From Thermoprotei archaeon (GTDB lineage: Archaea; Thermoproteota; Thermoprotei; Thermofilales; B69-G16): 40,953 bases of DNA. The notes beneath the pieces are model-generated. The model had not been told where the DNA came from, did no database searches, and saw only the letters and a program-made list of their open reading frames with translations. Positions 37,192 to 40,953 of this stretch are shown one piece after another. The first letter of the stretch is position 1. Every line of letters starts with the position of its first letter. Both the position numbers and the translations under genes were made by a program. Location: assembly GCA_003649235.1 (NCBI GenBank), contig QMRG01000003.1, positions 1 through 40,953 on the forward strand. Direction: 5' to 3'.

Positions 37192-39008
37192 TGGAGTTTA
37201 TTACTGGAATTTGCGATTTTAAAAACGAACCTACTCTTCCTAATGCTGATTTTAAGGATAAATACGTTGCCTTAAAATTAAGTTCTATAACACCAATATC
37301 TAATATTGGAAGTAATGAAGAAGGTACTGTAACAGTAGCCTTATACGGTGAAATAAACAACTATAAACAATTACTTAGAAGTCTAGAATCTTCTCACGAT
37401 TTTAGATCTATAAACCTGGCAGAGGTCGTAGCTCATCTCTACGAGAAACACGGTATAAAAGCTCTAAATATGTTGAGAGGAGCTTTCTCGCTGGTTATTT
37501 GGGATTCTCAAAATAAAAAATTAATTTTATCGAAAGACGTTATGAGCGGAAAAACGCTTTTTTACACTATAGAGGACGGAAGAATTCTATTTTCATCTAG
37601 AATAATCGACGTCCTCAAATATTCTAATAAAAAACATAGAATTAACAGGGATACGTTAAATCTTTATCTCTCATTAACTTTCATTCCTTCATCTTTTACA
37701 ATGGTTACAGAAATTAAAAAGATACCAAGTGCTACTGCTCTAATTTTTCAAAAAGAAAGTATTTCCATGCTCGAATACTGGCAACCCAGCTTCAATTTCA
37801 TATATGCTGAAGAAAGTGAAGATCTGATAGATACTATCTACCATACATTAAGAGAAGCTATTCAGATAAGAATGTCTAATAGCAATAAAACAGTGGCAAC
37901 TTTTGTAAGTGGAGGTTTAGATTCAGGCCTAATAGCTGCCATCTTGAAAAGACTCTCACCTAATGATAAAGTGAAAGCTTTCACCGTAGGTTTTGAGTAC
38001 AAGAAATATAACGAGTTAGATGCGGCTAGGAGAGTAGCAGAGTATCTAGGCCTCGAACATCGTACTTCTATTCTTACTGGCGATGAGGTTTTAAATTTTC
38101 TGTCTGATTTATATAAAGTCTATAGCGAACCGATGTTTGATGATTCAGCTATAGCCACTTTTAAGGCATGTGAAATAGCTAAAAATCATACTATGAGTGT
38201 TTTTTCGGGCGAAGCTGCTGATACTGTTTTCTATGGACTCAGCGATGTAGAGAAAATTGTGAATAACTATAAGAGAATTCCCAAAACTTTAAGGTATAGA
38301 GTATTAGACCCTATTCTCCTAAACTTTACATTTGGTGAGTTTAGAAGGAAAATGGAGAAACTCATCTCTTTTTCGAGAGATCATTTTTCAATTATTCTTA
38401 ATGAAAAACTGATAATGCCCGAGGAAGAAATTCTAAGACTTTATAATTCAGATAGCTGTGAGATAAAAAGAACTGCAACTAAATTCATAACTGAAATTTA
38501 CGCTAGAGCTATGCAGAAATCGCCTAATTACAGTGATAGATCTCATTACATCACTTTTAAATCGGGAGAACTGGCGGATGCCATATTAAAGCTAGATGGA
38601 ATTTGCAACTATATGAATATGACTCTCAAGCTCCCATTTACTGATAGTAAAGTCTTAGAATTAGCCTTTAAGATAGATCCGAAATTAAAGTTGAAAAACA
38701 ATACTTCTAAATATCTTTTAAAGAAAGTAGCCTTAAAGTATAATCTGCTTCCTCGCAAGACTATATACCGTAAGAAGCATGGTTTTGGAACGCCTATAGA
38801 ATATTGGTTTCTAAAAGAGTTGAAAAATGAAGTATACAACGGGCTTGTAGAAAATCCAAGTATAGAAAAAATATTTGATAAAAAGAGAATAATTAAAGAA
38901 TTAGAAAAACTAGCAAGGGATAAGAGACATAAACGGGCATGCCTCCTATGGGGCATTTTTATATTTATTAAATGGTATGAACGCTATTCACAATATCTTA
39001 GCGAATAG
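37191..39008 (+). CDS. Asparagine synthetase B-like ATP-dependent amide ligase lacking glutaminase catalytic residues
   Basis: SGGLDS PP-loop, AFTVGF, SGEAAD, PFTD and RKKHGFG.P motifs. The N-terminus MEFITGIC has no Cys1 and no HRGPD, and NGEIYN is changed to YGEINN. Confidence 0.85.
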   Translation: MEFITGICDFKNEPTLPNADFKDKYVALKLSSITPISNIGSNEEGTVTVALYGEINNYKQLLRSLESSHDFRSINLAEVVAHLYEKHGIKALNMLRGAFSLVIWDSQNKKLILSKDVMSGKTLFYTIEDGRILFSSRIIDVLKYSNKKHRINRDTLNLYLSLTFIPSSFTMVTEIKKIPSATALIFQKESISMLEYWQPSFNFIYAEESEDLIDTIYHTLREAIQIRMSNSNKTVATFVSGGLDSGLIAAILKRLSPNDKVKAFTVGFEYKKYNELDAARRVAEYLGLEHRTSILTGDEVLNFLSDLYKVYSEPMFDDSAIATFKACEIAKNHTMSVFSGEAADTVFYGLSDVEKIVNNYKRIPKTLRYRVLDPILLNFTFGEFRRKMEKLISFSRDHFSIILNEKLIMPEEEILRLYNSDSCEIKRTATKFITEIYARAMQKSPNYSDRSHYITFKSGELADAILKLDGICNYMNMTLKLPFTDSKVLELAFKIDPKLKLKNNTSKYLLKKVALKYNLLPRKTIYRKKHGFGTPIEYWFLKELKNEVYNGLVENPSIEKIFDKKRIIKELEKLARDKRHKRACLLWGIFIFIKWYERYSQYLSE

Positions 39009-39016
39009 GCGGCACT

Positions 39017-40183
39017 ATGTCTAAATTGTTCTTCTTATTTCCGACGAGGAAAAAGATAAGCCTCAAGCCTAGATTTGGAGGAGGTTCCGAAGCTTATCTT
39101 TATGATCTCTCTACCGGCTTAGCTGAAAGAGGATTCGAAGTTCATATAGTGGCTAATTTTATGGATAAGAGTCAGAATTATATTAACTGTCATCAAGTAG
39201 ATTTTTCTAAAAATATTCTAAGTAGAAATTGGAAATATTTTAAAGTATTATATAGGCTACTAGACAGGGAATCTATAGTCATAATCTTCGATCAAGGATT
39301 CGGAGGTTATATACCGGTTTTCTTCAAATATGTCAGGAGATTTAAGCTTTTATTCCATACAAATAATCATTATCCTTGGCTTGAAACGGAAATAAATCCC
39401 CGTATGTACTGGCCGCTTATTAAAACAGTAGCCAGAAATGCGGATCTAGTAGTGGTCGGCAATAAGCTACTAGCCGAAAATGTAATTAAGAAAAGCAACT
39501 TAGATCCATCTAAGATAAGGATTATTCCTCAGTTAATGAGAGATGATGATCCGCTACGTGAAAAATACATAGATGTTAGGAGGAAGTACAGGATATACAA
39601 CTCGCCTCTCGTTCTCTTCGTCGGTAGAATAGTTCCCCACAAAGGCATCTCAGATATAATAAATGCAGCAAAAATAGTTTCTACACAAATTCCCAATGTT
39701 AAATTCTTCCTAGTAGGACCTAGAAGCGATGAATTCTCAATCAAAGGAGAAAATCAATTATCAAAATTCTATTTTGAGATGCTAGAGCTTAGAGACAAGC
39801 TAGGATTAGAGAAACATCTATTCTTTACAGGAGTAGTTCCGAGAGAAGAGGTTTACTCTTTCCTAAGGACTGCTGATGTGTTCATATTTCCATCCTATAA
39901 AGAAGGTTTTGGAACAGCAGTTTTGGAAGCAATGTCCTTCGGCAAGCCGATCGTAGCCTACGATATTCCTCCGATAAACGAAAACCTTTCTAATGCAGGA
40001 ATACTAGTTGATAGAGGTTTGTTCGAAAAACTTGCGGAAGCAGTTATAACTCTTATTAATGATCCTTCTAGAGCTAGAACTCTGGGTAGAGCGGCTTTAA
40101 AAAGGTTCAAATCAAACTTTTCTTTAAAAGCGGTAATAGATAAATGGATTAAACTCCTCGAAGAGCTCCAAAGAGAAGACTAG
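39017..40183 (+). CDS. Glycosyltransferase family 4 (paralog of 36013-37191)
   Basis: FGGGSE, FVGRIVPHKG and PSYKEGFGTAVLEAMSFGKP motifs. Confidence 0.92.
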   Translation: MSKLFFLFPTRKKISLKPRFGGGSEAYLYDLSTGLAERGFEVHIVANFMDKSQNYINCHQVDFSKNILSRNWKYFKVLYRLLDRESIVIIFDQGFGGYIPVFFKYVRRFKLLFHTNNHYPWLETEINPRMYWPLIKTVARNADLVVVGNKLLAENVIKKSNLDPSKIRIIPQLMRDDDPLREKYIDVRRKYRIYNSPLVLFVGRIVPHKGISDIINAAKIVSTQIPNVKFFLVGPRSDEFSIKGENQLSKFYFEMLELRDKLGLEKHLFFTGVVPREEVYSFLRTADVFIFPSYKEGFGTAVLEAMSFGKPIVAYDIPPINENLSNAGILVDRGLFEKLAEAVITLINDPSRARTLGRAALKRFKSNFSLKAVIDKWIKLLEELQRED

Positions 40184-40322
40184 AATTTTGCAAAATATGC
40201 ATTATAACAACATTAAAATACTTCTTCAACAACAACAATGTGCATAAAGGTTATATAAATGAAGAAGTCGGCAATAATAATCGCGTTTTTCATGTTTTAT
40301 TTCCCAAGTCTAGGTAATAGCT

Positions 40323-40953
40323 ATGGAATCGGTTAATGAATCATCCTCTGAAAATAATGTCTTTAAGGTTCACGGAATATCTTCAGTAATTTACGGTAGT
40401 CTATGGATAGTACTTGGTAGAATACTGTATTATGCAATAAGTTTCATAACAACTAGCTTAATAACACATGCATTAGAGCCTAAAGATTATGGCATAATAC
40501 TCCAATTCTCCTTCCTATTAGATATAGGGACTACGTTAAGTCTTCTCTCAGTAGACACGGCTTTAGTCAGACAGGTAGCTTTCTATAAAGGTAAAGGCGA
40601 TTTTCACAAAGTGCAAGTAGCATTAAGAAGTTCTCTACTTACAACGATTCCATTCTCTCTCGCGGTAGTGATGATCTATATACTTAACGCGAGAAATGCA
40701 GCATCTTTCTTTCTGAATAACGGAGACTTAGCTGATCTGGTAATACTCATCTCCACAGCTATTCCATTTAATGCAGTAACCTATATACTATTATCCTTCA
40801 TGTCCGGCTTTAAAGATTTCAAATCTATAACTTTAATTAATACAATATCAACATTAATGAATAGATCGCTATTAACCTACGCAATTCTTTTCAAATTTGG
40901 CTACTATAGCTGGGCTCTTACAGTAGTAATAGCTACACTAGCCTACATAGCCA
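40323..40953 (+). CDS. 3'-partial oligosaccharide flippase (Wzx/MOP family); missing from the ORF track
   Basis: ATG at 40323 opens MESVNESSSENNVFKVHGISSVIYGSLWIVLGRILYYAISFITTSLITHALEPKDYGII...VDTALVRQVAFY and runs off the window end. The L.P.DYG and TAL.R motifs are flippase-like, and the gene sits in a glycan locus. Confidence 0.85.
   Translation, partial: MESVNESSSENNVFKVHGISSVIYGSLWIVLGRILYYAISFITTSLITHALEPKDYGIILQFSFLLDIGTTLSLLSVDTALVRQVAFYKGKGDFHKVQVALRSSLLTTIPFSLAVVMIYILNARNAASFFLNNGDLADLVILISTAIPFNAVTYILLSFMSGFKDFKSITLINTISTLMNRSLLTYAILFKFGYYSWALTVVIATLAYIA

Noticed and set aside
37191-39008. Lasso peptide cyclase interpretation of the AsnB-like gene
   Set aside because: No precursor peptide, RRE or B-type peptidase is adjacent, and the context is entirely glycan biosynthesis.
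108-39744. Short antisense or nested ORFs in the track (e.g. 108-317, 4920-5180, 16837-17166, 17541-17888, 35262-35657, 38609-38956)
   Set aside because: They lie within well-supported genes and have no recognisable motifs, so they are shadow ORFs.
40259-40336. 25-aa ORF MKKSAIIIAFFMFYFPSLGNSYGIG resembling a signal peptide
   Set aside because: Its ATG directly abuts the TATA box, it has no RBS, and it overlaps the flippase start out of frame. Probably coincidental.
1-40953. CRISPR arrays, tRNA/rRNA, C/D-box sRNAs, transposases or integrases
   Set aside because: By eye I found no spaced repeats, GC-rich structured stretches, convincing C/D box pairs or recombinase motifs. Small RNAs cannot be excluded without a covariance-model search.

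Overview
AT-rich, densely coding archaeal window. Evidence for this: BRE/TATA promoters, GGTGA/GAGGTGA ribosome-binding sites, frequent TTG/GTG starts, TrpB2, two geranylgeranyl reductases and a crenarchaeal-type prenyl synthase. It is most likely a thermophilic Thermoproteota/TACK organism (inference). Contents, left to right: the tail of a SipW/TasA-type surface-fibre locus (SipW-cognate signal peptide plus Ig-like protein, and a DUF5305-like protein); DppA aminopeptidase; a frameshifted MFS gene; KptA/Tpt1; a HAD hydrolase; a GGR plus prenyl synthase pair; TrpB2 divergent from a TrpY-like ACT regulator with a TRP-box-like site; a CYTH protein; a membrane-anchored protein with two Sm-like repeats; a DtxR-regulated Zn/Mn ABC operon with a visible operator; a GGR / Ras-Rab-like GTPase-wHTH / V4R operon (best candidate for an undescribed system); a radical SAM-HhH protein; a surface-protein block (beta-propeller/Ig protein, HtrA, membrane protein, secreted transglutaminase); and a ~14.5 kb glycosylation locus (five GT4, two GT2, two SDR epimerases, DegT aminotransferase, a GH-like propeller, an AsnB-like protein lacking its glutaminase residues, and a partial flippase). 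I saw no tRNA, rRNA, CRISPR array or transposase. All family calls come from motif recognition by eye, not from database searches.
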